DNA of 64,000 bases from an uncultured bacterium (lineage in GTDB: Bacteria; Abyssobacteria; SURF-5), in assembly GCA_964607485.1 (NCBI GenBank), contig CAZSKP010000001.1, positions 32,001 through 96,000 on the forward strand, given 5' to 3'. The notes under the pieces are model-generated. The model searched no databases. It saw only the letters and a program-made list of their open reading frames with translations, and was not told the origin of the DNA. Of the stretch, positions 8,923 to 17,773 are shown piece after piece (within the stretch, counting starts at the first letter, position 1; each line of letters opens with the position of its first letter). A program made the translations under genes and the position numbers.

Positions 8923-10342
8923 TGTTTCCCCTTTTCGGCGCACCGGGCGAACCGAGGCGGCAAACGGCTTCCGGGCTCACCAATTCGTCAAATTTTTCGG
9001 CAGTGAGCAGTCCCTCGGCGATGGCCGTTTCCTTGATGCTCCTGCCGGTTTCATCGGCCAACTTCACGAGACGGCAAGCGCCCTCGTAACCGATTGCCCG
9101 TAGTAACGCCGTTGCCGTAGCGGTCGAACTTTCCACGTGTCCGCGGCAACGCTCTTCATCGGCCTCGATGCCCTCGACGCAGAGGCGCCTCAGGATATCG
9201 CAGCCGCGAGCGAGCAGCGTGCAGCTCTCCAACAGGCAGTTGGCAATGAGAGGGAGAAAGGGATTGAGCTCCAAGTTGCCCGACGCTGCGGCCAGGGCAA
9301 TCGTCTGGTCGTATCCCATTACCAACATGGCCAACTGCGAGACCGCCTCGGGGATCACCGGATTGACTTTGCCGGGCATGATCGAAGAGCCCGCCTGTCG
9401 CGACGGCAGACGAATCTCGCCGAACCCCGCTTCCGGCCCCGAAGCCAGCAGGCGAAGGTCCGTGCAGACCTTCAGGAGAGATGTCGCGCAGGCTTTCAAA
9501 ATGCCCGAAACCTCGACGAACACGTCGGCGTTCTGCGTTGCTTCGACCATGTTCTCGGCTCGGGCCAGACCGATTCCGGTCAGTTCGCGCAGGGTGTCCA
9601 CTACGCGAAAGATAAATTGGCGAGGCGAGGTGATGCCCGTGCCGATGGCGGTGCCGCCAAGATTGACCACGCGCAGCCGTTCTTCGCACTTATAGATGCG
9701 CCATCTGTCGCGGCTGAACGCTTCGGCATAGGCACTCATCTCCCGCCCCAATGTGGTGAGGACGGCGTCCTGCAATTCGGTGCGACCGACCTTCACAATA
9801 TGAGCGAACTGCTTCTCTTTGGACTGAAACGCTTCCTGTAGTGAAACCACCCGGTCTTCGAGTTCGCGGAGCAGTCGAATCGACGCCACCCTTAATGCAG
9901 TCGGATAGGTGTCGTTGGTGGATTGGTGCAGGTTGATATCGTCGAGCGGGGAAACGCAGTCGTAGTTGCCCGGAGTTTCTCCCAGAATCGCCAGAGCGCG
10001 GTTCGCCAGCACCTCATTCACATTCATATTGGTCGAGGTCCCGGCACCACCTTGCAGGCAGTCCACAATGATGAAGTCGTTCAACAAGCCATCCGCCATT
10101 TCCTTGCAGGCGCGTTCTATTGCGTCGGCCTTGGCTTCATCCTTCCAGACGCCCAACGCCCGGTTTGTCATGGCACAGGCGAGCTTCACGCTGCCGTAGG
10201 CGCGCACCAACTCCGGATGCACCCGTCGCCCGGCGAGGGGGAAGTTTTCGACAGACCTGGCGGTGTGGATACCGTGCAGGGAATCGGCCGGCAGACGCAC
10301 CTCACCGATTAGGTCGTGCTCGGAACGGTACCGTTCACTCAT
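8915..10342 (-). CDS. aspA: Aspartate ammonia-lyase
   Basis: GGAGTSTNMNVNEV, QSTNDTYPTA, GRTELQDA, GSSIMPGKVNP; start ATG 10342 (MSERYRSEHDLIG). Confidence 0.9.
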   Translation of the reverse strand: MSERYRSEHDLIGEVRLPADSLHGIHTARSVENFPLAGRRVHPELVRAYGSVKLACAMTNRALGVWKDEAKADAIERACKEMADGLLNDFIIVDCLQGGAGTSTNMNVNEVLANRALAILGETPGNYDCVSPLDDINLHQSTNDTYPTALRVASIRLLRELEDRVVSLQEAFQSKEKQFAHIVKVGRTELQDAVLTTLGREMSAYAEAFSRDRWRIYKCEERLRVVNLGGTAIGTGITSPRQFIFRVVDTLRELTGIGLARAENMVEATQNADVFVEVSGILKACATSLLKVCTDLRLLASGPEAGFGEIRLPSRQAGSSIMPGKVNPVIPEAVSQLAMLVMGYDQTIALAAASGNLELNPFLPLIANCLLESCTLLARGCDILRRLCVEGIEADEERCRGHVESSTATATALLRAIGYEGACRLVKLADETGRSIKETAIAEGLLTAEKFDELVSPEAVCRLGSPGAPKRGNNG

Positions 10343-10434
10343 GGTCGTCTCTTTGACAGCGGTGTCTGTTCTACAGACTTTAGCCGCCGTCCGTCGTCTC
10401 AGTGCAGCCAATGCAACTCCTCACCGACGCGTCC

Positions 10435-11733
10435 TCAAAATCTGTAGATGAGCGACGTTTGAACTCGGACGCTGTCTCCGTCTTCGAGGTTCTTGTAGTC
10501 GGTCTCCCAGCGCGACAGCTCAATTCCCGCCTGCACTGCCTCGTTCACGTCGTAGATGACGTTTCCCCAGACCGCGCAGTTGCGCGAGCGGTCGCCGTCG
10601 TTCAGGTCGCCGTTGTCGGGGTCGTCGAGGCCGGCGCCGAGGTTGTAGTGCCACCGGCCAAACGGGCCGAGGCTCAACGCCACCCAGCCGCCTGCGCTTT
10701 GTATCTCATCCATCGTGGTCTGGTTCACCCCTTGGCCGATGCCGCCCAAGTAATCGTCCAGATTCTCGCCCGTCCAGAATTCTCCCTTTGCGGTCAGCCA
10801 CTGGAAAATCGGCAGGGTGACGTCCACATTCGCCGACCAGGAGTCGAACTTCTTGTTGTTGTCCGACGCGTCCATGTCGAACTCTTCCTGTCCCCAGTGA
10901 CCGGAGACCCCCACCGTCGCCTTCTCGTCCGTCAAGAAGGGGAACGACAGGGCCGTCCTGCCCTGGAAGGTGGGGAATCCCGTGTCTTCGCCGGTGTCTC
11001 CGGGGTCGTAGGCGATGTCGTCTCCTATCGTACGCGTGGCCGCGGCCTGAAACACGAGATGCGAGTCGGCGCCTACGTCGAATCCCTTCGTCAAACGGAA
11101 CTGGGGTCGCCGGTAGCCGATGTTCCCGACCCACCAGGCGACCGAGTAGTTCAACGTGTACGGATAGAGCGGAGAGATCACGTCGGACGTCTGACCCGCC
11201 AGGATGCTGAAGTCTCGTTCGGGCCAATTCAGTTCGAGGTAGGCGTGCCGAAGCATCACTCGGTTCTTGTTTTCGCCGCCGCCCTCGTAGAAGTCAATCT
11301 CGACTCTTCCCCGTGTCGAAGCGCCTCCAAACTCGGGGCCGTCGAATTTCAGTCCCAGCCTCGATTCCCGCGCGGTCGCGTTGAACTGGTCGTCGTCCTC
11401 GCGGTCCTCTTCGGATTCCACCCATCGGGCGAAATTGCCGACATCGGTGCGCGCGCTGTCATAGGCGGCGTCAAACTTCAGGTATCCGTAAAGCACGACG
11501 GGATACGACGACCGCACTGCCGGCTTATCCTTTCCGGCAACGGGAGCGGGTTGTTCGGGAAGGAGCGACTTGATCTCATCGAGGGCCGCCTCGAGGCGTT
11601 CGACTCTTTGTCGCAGTTCAACATTCTCTCGTTTCAGCCTCTCCATTTCGTCCGCATTCTGGTTCTCCTGTGCCCACGCGTTCCCGAATAGCAGCGCCAT
11701 CACAACCAGCACGGATGTGAGTAGTTTTTTCAT
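10435..11733 (-). CDS. DcaP-like outer-membrane porin
   Basis: Signal peptide, N-terminal coiled coil, LYGYLKFDAAYD, ARESRLG, RVEIDF, LRHAY, LAGQT, C-terminal YRF beta-barrel signal. Confidence 0.75.
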   Translation of the reverse strand: MKKLLTSVLVVMALLFGNAWAQENQNADEMERLKRENVELRQRVERLEAALDEIKSLLPEQPAPVAGKDKPAVRSSYPVVLYGYLKFDAAYDSARTDVGNFARWVESEEDREDDDQFNATARESRLGLKFDGPEFGGASTRGRVEIDFYEGGGENKNRVMLRHAYLELNWPERDFSILAGQTSDVISPLYPYTLNYSVAWWVGNIGYRRPQFRLTKGFDVGADSHLVFQAAATRTIGDDIAYDPGDTGEDTGFPTFQGRTALSFPFLTDEKATVGVSGHWGQEEFDMDASDNNKKFDSWSANVDVTLPIFQWLTAKGEFWTGENLDDYLGGIGQGVNQTTMDEIQSAGGWVALSLGPFGRWHYNLGAGLDDPDNGDLNDGDRSRNCAVWGNVIYDVNEAVQAGIELSRWETDYKNLEDGDSVRVQTSLIYRF

Positions 11734-12193
11734 GATTCATCCTCGCGAATCCTGAAGCGCGCCGCAGCCGTGGGTCATTTCCCGTGCGAATCCTCCCCGT
11801 GAGCCTTCTCGCAGGACCGCCGGCGTGCGGCGCTTCGCCGGGTCCCCTCGTCTGCTTTTCTCGTGACTCCAGCCGATCGGATATGAGCCGGTTGAGAAAC
11901 TCGACCAGCCTGGCGCGGTCGGCCTCGGCCAGCCGCTCCCAGGAATCCGAAACCAGTCCGATGTTGTTTTGCAATTCGATTCGCTCGACGCCGCCCCTCG
12001 GCGGGTGTTCCGGCATCTGGCCCGCCAGGTAGGACCAGCGTCGCCCGAATATCTCGACGAACCACAGCCTGAGATCAAAGCGCTCTTGTGCACGCAGGGC
12101 AAGCCTGCCAAGCGAATCGGCGAGCGAGCGCCCCTTGGTCTCACCCGCAACGATTCGGAGCCAGTCGTCAAACCCTGAGGTCTCTCTCTCCAT
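11618..12193 (-). CDS. Hypothetical protein; only the first ~110 aa look protein-like
   Basis: Start overlaps the hydG 3' end; globular-looking core (LWFVEIFGRRWSYLAG). The Arg/Gly-rich tail overlaps the porin gene, so the 3' boundary is doubtful. Confidence 0.55.
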   Translation of the reverse strand: MERETSGFDDWLRIVAGETKGRSLADSLGRLALRAQERFDLRLWFVEIFGRRWSYLAGQMPEHPPRGGVERIELQNNIGLVSDSWERLAEADRARLVEFLNRLISDRLESREKQTRGPGEAPHAGGPARRLTGRIRTGNDPRLRRASGFARMNHEKTTHIRAGCDGAAIRERVGTGEPECGRNGEAETREC

Positions 12194-13634
12194 TCTCGAT
12201 TGCCTTCAGCATTTGCCCGAGGGCGAGCCGCATCGCTTCCGGGACATCGCCCATTCTGCGCTCAATCAATTTCTCGCCGACCTTCCTCGTTTCCTCCGAG
12301 GCGTAGTCGAGCAGGTATTCCTTGAACGTCAGGATGGCGTTCGGTATGCAGAACTGGTGAACCTTGCCGGCCTTGGCGATTTTCATGAAATAGCTTCCGG
12401 TTCTGCCACACCGGTAGCCCGCCGTGCAGAACGAGGTGAGGTAGCCCATGTCGGCGATTTCGCGGACGACTTCGTCGAGGCCCCTTGTGTCGCCGAGCAT
12501 GAACTGCTGCCGCTCCGCCTCCTGTATTCCCGTGGCCTCGCTGTAGGCGCCGATGCCTATCTTCGTGGAAGCGTCGGTCTGGGTGCAGCCAACGTTGAGC
12601 ACGTCGCGCCTGATATGCGCCGGCTCCCTGGCCGTGAGGATCATGCCTGTATAAGGCACAGAGAGTCTAATGACGGCGACCAGTCGCTTGAAATCCCTGT
12701 CGCTCACCTTGTGGGGCGAATTTTCGCAAATCGGCGCGTTCGCCGCCGGTTCGAGCCTTGGGAACGAGATGGTGTGAGGGCCGATTCCGTCGAACCTCTT
12801 TTCGAGGTCGATGGCGTGATACAGGAGGCCAAGCACCTCGAATTTCCAGTCATACAGCCCGAAGAGCGCGCCTATCGCCACGTCGTCCACCCCGGCGTCA
12901 AGCGCCCTGTGGAGCGCATAGAGACGCCATCGGTAATTCGACTTGCTCCCTCGCGGGTGCATCTTCTTGTACGTCTCATGGTGGTAAGTTTCCTGAAAGA
13001 CCTGGAACGTTCCGATTCCCACGTCGCGGAGAAGCTTCAGGTTGGCGACGGTTTGGGGCGCGGCGTTTATGTTGACGCGCCTGATCTCGCCGTTGCCTAC
13101 CCTGGTTTCGTAGACGGCGCGGATGGTATCGGCGATGTAGTTCACGTCGCTTGCAGGGTGCTCACCATACACCATGATCAGCCTCTTGTGGCCGAGCGAG
13201 ACCAATGCCTTCGTTTCCCTGCGGACCTCGTCGATGGTCAGTTTGCGCCTCTTTTCGGCCGTGTTTTCTCTCCGGAAGCCGCAGTATAGGCACGAGTTGA
13301 CACACAAGTTGCTGCAGTAGAGGGGTGCGAACGTGACGATGCGGGGGCCGTACACCTTCAGCTTGACGCTGAGCGCGGTTTCAAACATCTCTTCCCACAG
13401 GCCCTCGTCTTCGACGTTGAGCAGCGCCGCGGTCTCGCGCGGTTCGAGCCTCTGCAGCGCGAGCGAACGGTCGAGGATGTCGCGAATCCTTTCCCGCTCG
13501 GGTTTTCTGTTCTCTTCTATGAGTCGTTCGATTTCCGCGTCGTCGATGAAATCCTCGCCGCCCTTAAGGTACCGGGTGATCTCATCGTCGTGCACCACCG
13601 AATCGACCCATTTTTCAACTGCCAAGGACTGCAT
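12168..13634 (-). CDS. hydG: [FeFe]-hydrogenase maturase HydG (radical SAM tyrosine lyase)
   Basis: FAPLYCSNLCVNSCLYCGF, GTFQVFQETYH, GPHTISFPR, C-terminal FCTAGYRC...FCIPNA auxiliary-cluster motif, GERDL end. Confidence 0.96.
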   Translation of the reverse strand: MQSLAVEKWVDSVVHDDEITRYLKGGEDFIDDAEIERLIEENRKPERERIRDILDRSLALQRLEPRETAALLNVEDEGLWEEMFETALSVKLKVYGPRIVTFAPLYCSNLCVNSCLYCGFRRENTAEKRRKLTIDEVRRETKALVSLGHKRLIMVYGEHPASDVNYIADTIRAVYETRVGNGEIRRVNINAAPQTVANLKLLRDVGIGTFQVFQETYHHETYKKMHPRGSKSNYRWRLYALHRALDAGVDDVAIGALFGLYDWKFEVLGLLYHAIDLEKRFDGIGPHTISFPRLEPAANAPICENSPHKVSDRDFKRLVAVIRLSVPYTGMILTAREPAHIRRDVLNVGCTQTDASTKIGIGAYSEATGIQEAERQQFMLGDTRGLDEVVREIADMGYLTSFCTAGYRCGRTGSYFMKIAKAGKVHQFCIPNAILTFKEYLLDYASEETRKVGEKLIERRMGDVPEAMRLALGQMLKAIENGERDLRV

Positions 13635-15540
13635 CTTTCATATCCTCTTTGGGTATCGCCTTGAGATCAACGATGAAAATACTTCCAAGCCCCTCCTCGC
13701 TCTCTGCAAGGATTCGCCCACCGTGCCGTTCGACGATTTCCTTGACAATGGCGAGGCCGAGGCCGGTGCCGTGCTCCTCGACCTTGCGGGCGTTCTCGGC
13801 CCGGAAGAACTCCGAGAACAGCCGCGACATATCGCCCTTGGGAATTCCGATGCCGTTGTCCCTGACCTCGATGCGTACCATGTCATTGGCCGCGCGGGAG
13901 AAGGCGACCCGCACGGTTCCGCCCTCGGGCGTATATTTGACGGCGTTGGAGACGAGATTCTCGAGCATCTGCTCGATCGTCTCGAAGTCGCCCCATATAT
14001 CCGGGACGTCGTCGGGCAGGGTGATTTCAAAGGTAAGCCCCTTCCTCGCGGCTCCGTCCTGGAAGGTGCGGCGTATGCGGCGGGTGAGCACGGAGAGGTC
14101 CACGCGTCCGTGGGCGGCCTCCCGTTTCTCGGCCCGCTCGGTGGCCAGCGTCATGAGTTCATTGATAATCGAGAGCATCGTTCGAGCCCTGCGGTCGACG
14201 CGACGCAGGTATTCGTTCTGTTCGGCGGTGAGACTGCCGTGGTATCCCCCGCGGACGACCTCCAGGATGCTGAGGATGGCCGACAGGGGGGCGCGCAGGT
14301 TATGCGCGACCCGCATCATGAACCACGAGCGGTCCTGCACCATGCGCTCGATGGCCTCATACGCGCGCGCGTTTTCGATTGCGATGGCCACGAGTCCCGC
14401 GGCCAGTTGGAAGAACTCCATCTCCTCTCTGTCGAACCGGTCAGCGAGATTGCAGTAAGCGCCCAGGATGCCGATGACCTTGTCCTCGATCGCCAGGGGC
14501 ACAAACAGGACCGATTGCAGGTTCGCCGCGGCGAGGTCTTCGCCGAACTGAAACATCTCGCGCTCGGTCACCCGGCCGGTGACGAACGGCTCGCCCTCGA
14601 TGACTCTGCGGTTGAGTGGACTCTTCGCCACCTCCACGACCCTGCTCTTGATGAATTCGGCGGGGAGTCCGTGAGCCGCCGCGTATCGCAACTCCTTGCC
14701 GTCCTCGCTGAGGAGCTTGACCGAAATGGCCACTACGTCCATCACCTTGGCCAGCTCGGCGGCCATCGTGTTCAGCACTTCGTCGAGATGCTGACTCGAG
14801 AGGATGGCCTGGGTCACGACGTACAGGCTGTTGAGCTTGTTGTTGAGCTCCGTCAGCGCTTCGGTGACATCGGCGAGATTCACGATTCGCATCCGGAGCA
14901 TTCTCATGATGGCGGTCGTGGAGAAGGCTGTGATGAAGACCGACGTCGCGAAGAACGCGAGGCTCACAATTATGTGGAACGGCCGTTCCATCACGTTGAG
15001 GGAGTTTCCCCGGAACACGACGGGGTGCTGCGGCATCCAGCCTTCATATTCCGCCAGGGCGATCAGACACATGCCCGCCACGGCCAACGCGGAAAAACCA
15101 TAAGCCGACCGCGGCCTGAGCAGGATGGAGGCGAAGATGATGTGGAAGATGAAGAAGAATATGAACGGGCTCGCCGCGCCGCCGGTAAGATGGATGAGGA
15201 GAAACATGGCGACGTAGTCGAGACCCACCTGCCAGTAAGTGAAGCGCTGGATGTACGTGGGCTGCCAGCCCACCTCCTGTTGCACCCACACGCTCTGCAG
15301 GTAGAACACGACGTTGTAGGCGAAGATGAATGCGGCCACCGCCAGCAGCGGACCCGCGGCCAGCTCGACGCCGATCAATCTGGCGACGCCTACTCCCGCC
15401 ACGATGCTGGGCGGCACCCACCACCGCAGCCGCACGAACCAGAGGGTTCGGTCCCTCAGTTCACCCAGGATGACTCGCTTGCGCTTGTCGATTTCGTCGT
15501 GGACGTTCTGGAGGGCAGTCTGTTTCACCTCACTGGTCAT
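13615..15540 (-). CDS. Membrane sensor histidine kinase with GAF domain
   Basis: About 5-6 hydrophobic helices, GAF (VPLAIEDKVIGIL...AIAIENARAY), H-box AHNLRAPL, NLVSNAVKY, DNGIGI, GTGLGL. Confidence 0.92.
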   Translation of the reverse strand: MTSEVKQTALQNVHDEIDKRKRVILGELRDRTLWFVRLRWWVPPSIVAGVGVARLIGVELAAGPLLAVAAFIFAYNVVFYLQSVWVQQEVGWQPTYIQRFTYWQVGLDYVAMFLLIHLTGGAASPFIFFFIFHIIFASILLRPRSAYGFSALAVAGMCLIALAEYEGWMPQHPVVFRGNSLNVMERPFHIIVSLAFFATSVFITAFSTTAIMRMLRMRIVNLADVTEALTELNNKLNSLYVVTQAILSSQHLDEVLNTMAAELAKVMDVVAISVKLLSEDGKELRYAAAHGLPAEFIKSRVVEVAKSPLNRRVIEGEPFVTGRVTEREMFQFGEDLAAANLQSVLFVPLAIEDKVIGILGAYCNLADRFDREEMEFFQLAAGLVAIAIENARAYEAIERMVQDRSWFMMRVAHNLRAPLSAILSILEVVRGGYHGSLTAEQNEYLRRVDRRARTMLSIINELMTLATERAEKREAAHGRVDLSVLTRRIRRTFQDGAARKGLTFEITLPDDVPDIWGDFETIEQMLENLVSNAVKYTPEGGTVRVAFSRAANDMVRIEVRDNGIGIPKGDMSRLFSEFFRAENARKVEEHGTGLGLAIVKEIVERHGGRILAESEEGLGSIFIVDLKAIPKEDMKDAVLGS

Positions 15541-15568
15541 ACGCAGCCTCCGACGCGAGCCGTCGCGG

Positions 15569-15976
15569 TCAGGCTCTGGTCAAAATGCCCCTTATCTTGT
15601 CAAGAAGCTTCTTGCTGTCGACAGGCTTTTCGAACATCCACTTGGCCGGCCATTCTTCTCCGAGGATATGCTGAAATTTTTCCGGCCCCTCGCTCCGGAC
15701 CCTCTCGAGGAAACTGGTCAGAATGATGATGGGAAGGTTTGCGAATTCGGGCTTGCTTTTCAGCTCATAGGCCAGGTCGAAACCTTCGGTGTCGGTAGCC
15801 ATCATAATGTCCAGGATCATCAGGTCGGGCATCTTGGCCTTCAGCTCGGAGAGGGCCTCGCGCCCGTTTGCCGCGGTGCGGACGCTGAAGCCGTTGCTCT
15901 CCAAAATGATCCCGATGGAATCTCGGATGTCCCGGTCGTCATCTACCAGGAGAATTTCGCCTTCGCTCGCCATCAT
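15569..15976 (-). CDS. Single-domain response regulator
   Basis: ILLVDDD, ILDIMM, IILTS, FEKP. Confidence 0.92.
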   Translation of the reverse strand: MMASEGEILLVDDDRDIRDSIGIILESNGFSVRTAANGREALSELKAKMPDLMILDIMMATDTEGFDLAYELKSKPEFANLPIIILTSFLERVRSEGPEKFQHILGEEWPAKWMFEKPVDSKKLLDKIRGILTRA

Positions 15977-16011
15977 TGCCTCCTTCTGTGGGCGTCCCCC
16001 CAGAAATTCGC

Positions 16012-17739
16012 TCAGACGCCTCGCTCGACATAGTGGGTGTGAAGCAGTTTATGCGACGTTTCGCCCAGGGGCTCCTCAAGGAATTTTTCATAGAGTTCCT
16101 TGATAGCGGGGTTTTCGTGAGATTGCCGGTACTCTTGTATTCCGCCGTCGTCGTGGTAGAGGGCTTTCGCGCGAAGAACCCGCTTCTCATTGCTGACGGG
16201 CAGCGGCTGCCCGCCGCCGCCGACACAGCCTCCGGGACACGCCATCACTTCGATGAAGTGGTAGTCGGCGGTGCCGTTCACCACCTTGTCGAGAATCTTT
16301 TTTGCGTTGGCCAGACCATGAGTCACCGCCACGCGAACCTGCCCCAGTTCGCCTACTTCGATGGCGGCCTCCTTGACTCCATCGAGTCCCCGGACGGGCA
16401 TGATGTCGAGGCTGGGCATGTTCCCGCCGGTGACGACCGCGTACACGGTCCTGAGCGCCGCCTCCATGACGCCGCCCGTGGCTCCGAATATCGTGCCCGC
16501 GCCCGTGTACTGGCCCATGGGCGGGTCGTACGTTTCCTCGGGGAGGTTCACGAAGTCGATTCCCGCCTGCCGTATCATGCGGCCGAGCTCGCGCGTGGTC
16601 AGCACGGCGTCGACGTCGCGGTGGCCGGACGAACACATCTCGGGCCTGGAGGCCTCGTACTTCTTCGCCGTACACGGCATGACGGAGACGACGAAGATGT
16701 CTGCCGGGTCGATGCCGGCGAACCGGGCGTAATAGGTCTTCGCCAGGGCGCCGAACATCTGCTGGGGCGATTTGCACGTGCTCAAGTGAGGCAGAAGCGA
16801 GGGGTAATAGTGTTCGATGAACTTAATCCAGCCGGGACTGCACGAGGTAATCATCGGCAGTTTTCCGCCGGTCCTTGCCCGCTTCAGCAGCTCGTGCCCT
16901 TCCTCTATGATCGTGAGGTCCGCGGCGAAATTGGTGTCGAACACCCTGTCGAACCCCAAACGCCGGAGCGCCGCGATCATCTTGCCGGTCACCAGCGTGC
17001 CCGGCGGCATGTCGAACTCTTCGCCCAGCGTGGCGCGGATGGCGGGCGCCTCCTGGACGACGACGTGCTTGCGCGGGTCCTCGAGGGCGGCCACGACTTT
17101 GTCCACGTCGTCGCGCTCGATGATGGCGCCGGTGGGGCACACGACGGCACACTGGCCGCAGAAGGTGCAGGCCGAATCGGCCAGGTTGGCGCTCATCGCC
17201 GGCACAACTTTCGAATCGAAACCGCGGCCCTCGGGCGTGAGCAGGCTTACGCCCTGAACTTCGGCGCAGACGGTCACGCAGCGCAGGCAGTTGATGCACT
17301 TGGAGGCGTCACGGATGAGCGAGGGCGAAGAGTCGTCGACCCGATGGGTCGTGAAGTCGGTGCGAGGCACTCGGATCGTGCGCACGCCCACCAACTCCGC
17401 AACCGCCTCGAGTTCGCAGTGTCCGTGTTTCTGGCAGATGGTGCAATCCTGCGGGTGGTCGGAGAGCAGGAGCTCGACGACGGCCCGCCGACCCCGGCGT
17501 ACTCGTTCGGAGTTGGTCTTGACCTTCATCCCTTCAGCCACCGGATAGACGCAGCTTGCCACCAGCGTGCGGCTCCTCTCGACTTCCACGACGCACACGC
17601 GACATGCGCCGGGCGTATGGTTCAGCTCCGGCAGCGCGCAGAGCGTGGGAATGCGGATACCCACCTCCCGTGCCGCCTCCAAGATGGTCGTGCCTTCGGG
17701 AACCTGCACCTCTCGATTGTCGATTGTCAAGGTAACCAT
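16012..17739 (-). CDS. hydA: [FeFe]-hydrogenase catalytic subunit (group A, multimeric type)
   Basis: N-terminal [2Fe-2S], His-ligated [4Fe-4S] (HPQDCTIC..C) and 2x[4Fe-4S]; H-cluster motifs ITSCSPGW, MPCTAKKYE, EVMACPGGCVGGGGQP; fused small-subunit tail (SHENP...LHTHY). Confidence 0.96.
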   Translation of the reverse strand: MVTLTIDNREVQVPEGTTILEAAREVGIRIPTLCALPELNHTPGACRVCVVEVERSRTLVASCVYPVAEGMKVKTNSERVRRGRRAVVELLLSDHPQDCTICQKHGHCELEAVAELVGVRTIRVPRTDFTTHRVDDSSPSLIRDASKCINCLRCVTVCAEVQGVSLLTPEGRGFDSKVVPAMSANLADSACTFCGQCAVVCPTGAIIERDDVDKVVAALEDPRKHVVVQEAPAIRATLGEEFDMPPGTLVTGKMIAALRRLGFDRVFDTNFAADLTIIEEGHELLKRARTGGKLPMITSCSPGWIKFIEHYYPSLLPHLSTCKSPQQMFGALAKTYYARFAGIDPADIFVVSVMPCTAKKYEASRPEMCSSGHRDVDAVLTTRELGRMIRQAGIDFVNLPEETYDPPMGQYTGAGTIFGATGGVMEAALRTVYAVVTGGNMPSLDIMPVRGLDGVKEAAIEVGELGQVRVAVTHGLANAKKILDKVVNGTADYHFIEVMACPGGCVGGGGQPLPVSNEKRVLRAKALYHDDGGIQEYRQSHENPAIKELYEKFLEEPLGETSHKLLHTHYVERGV

Positions 17740-17773
17740 GCTGCTTCTCCTTCATCGAGATGGAATTCCGATT

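Noticed and set aside
16825-16850. HydA P1 motif TSCSPGW instead of TSCCPxW as a sign of inactivity
   Set aside because: TSC(C/S)P is a known common variant of the P1 signature; P2 and P3 are intact and a full maturase set is present.
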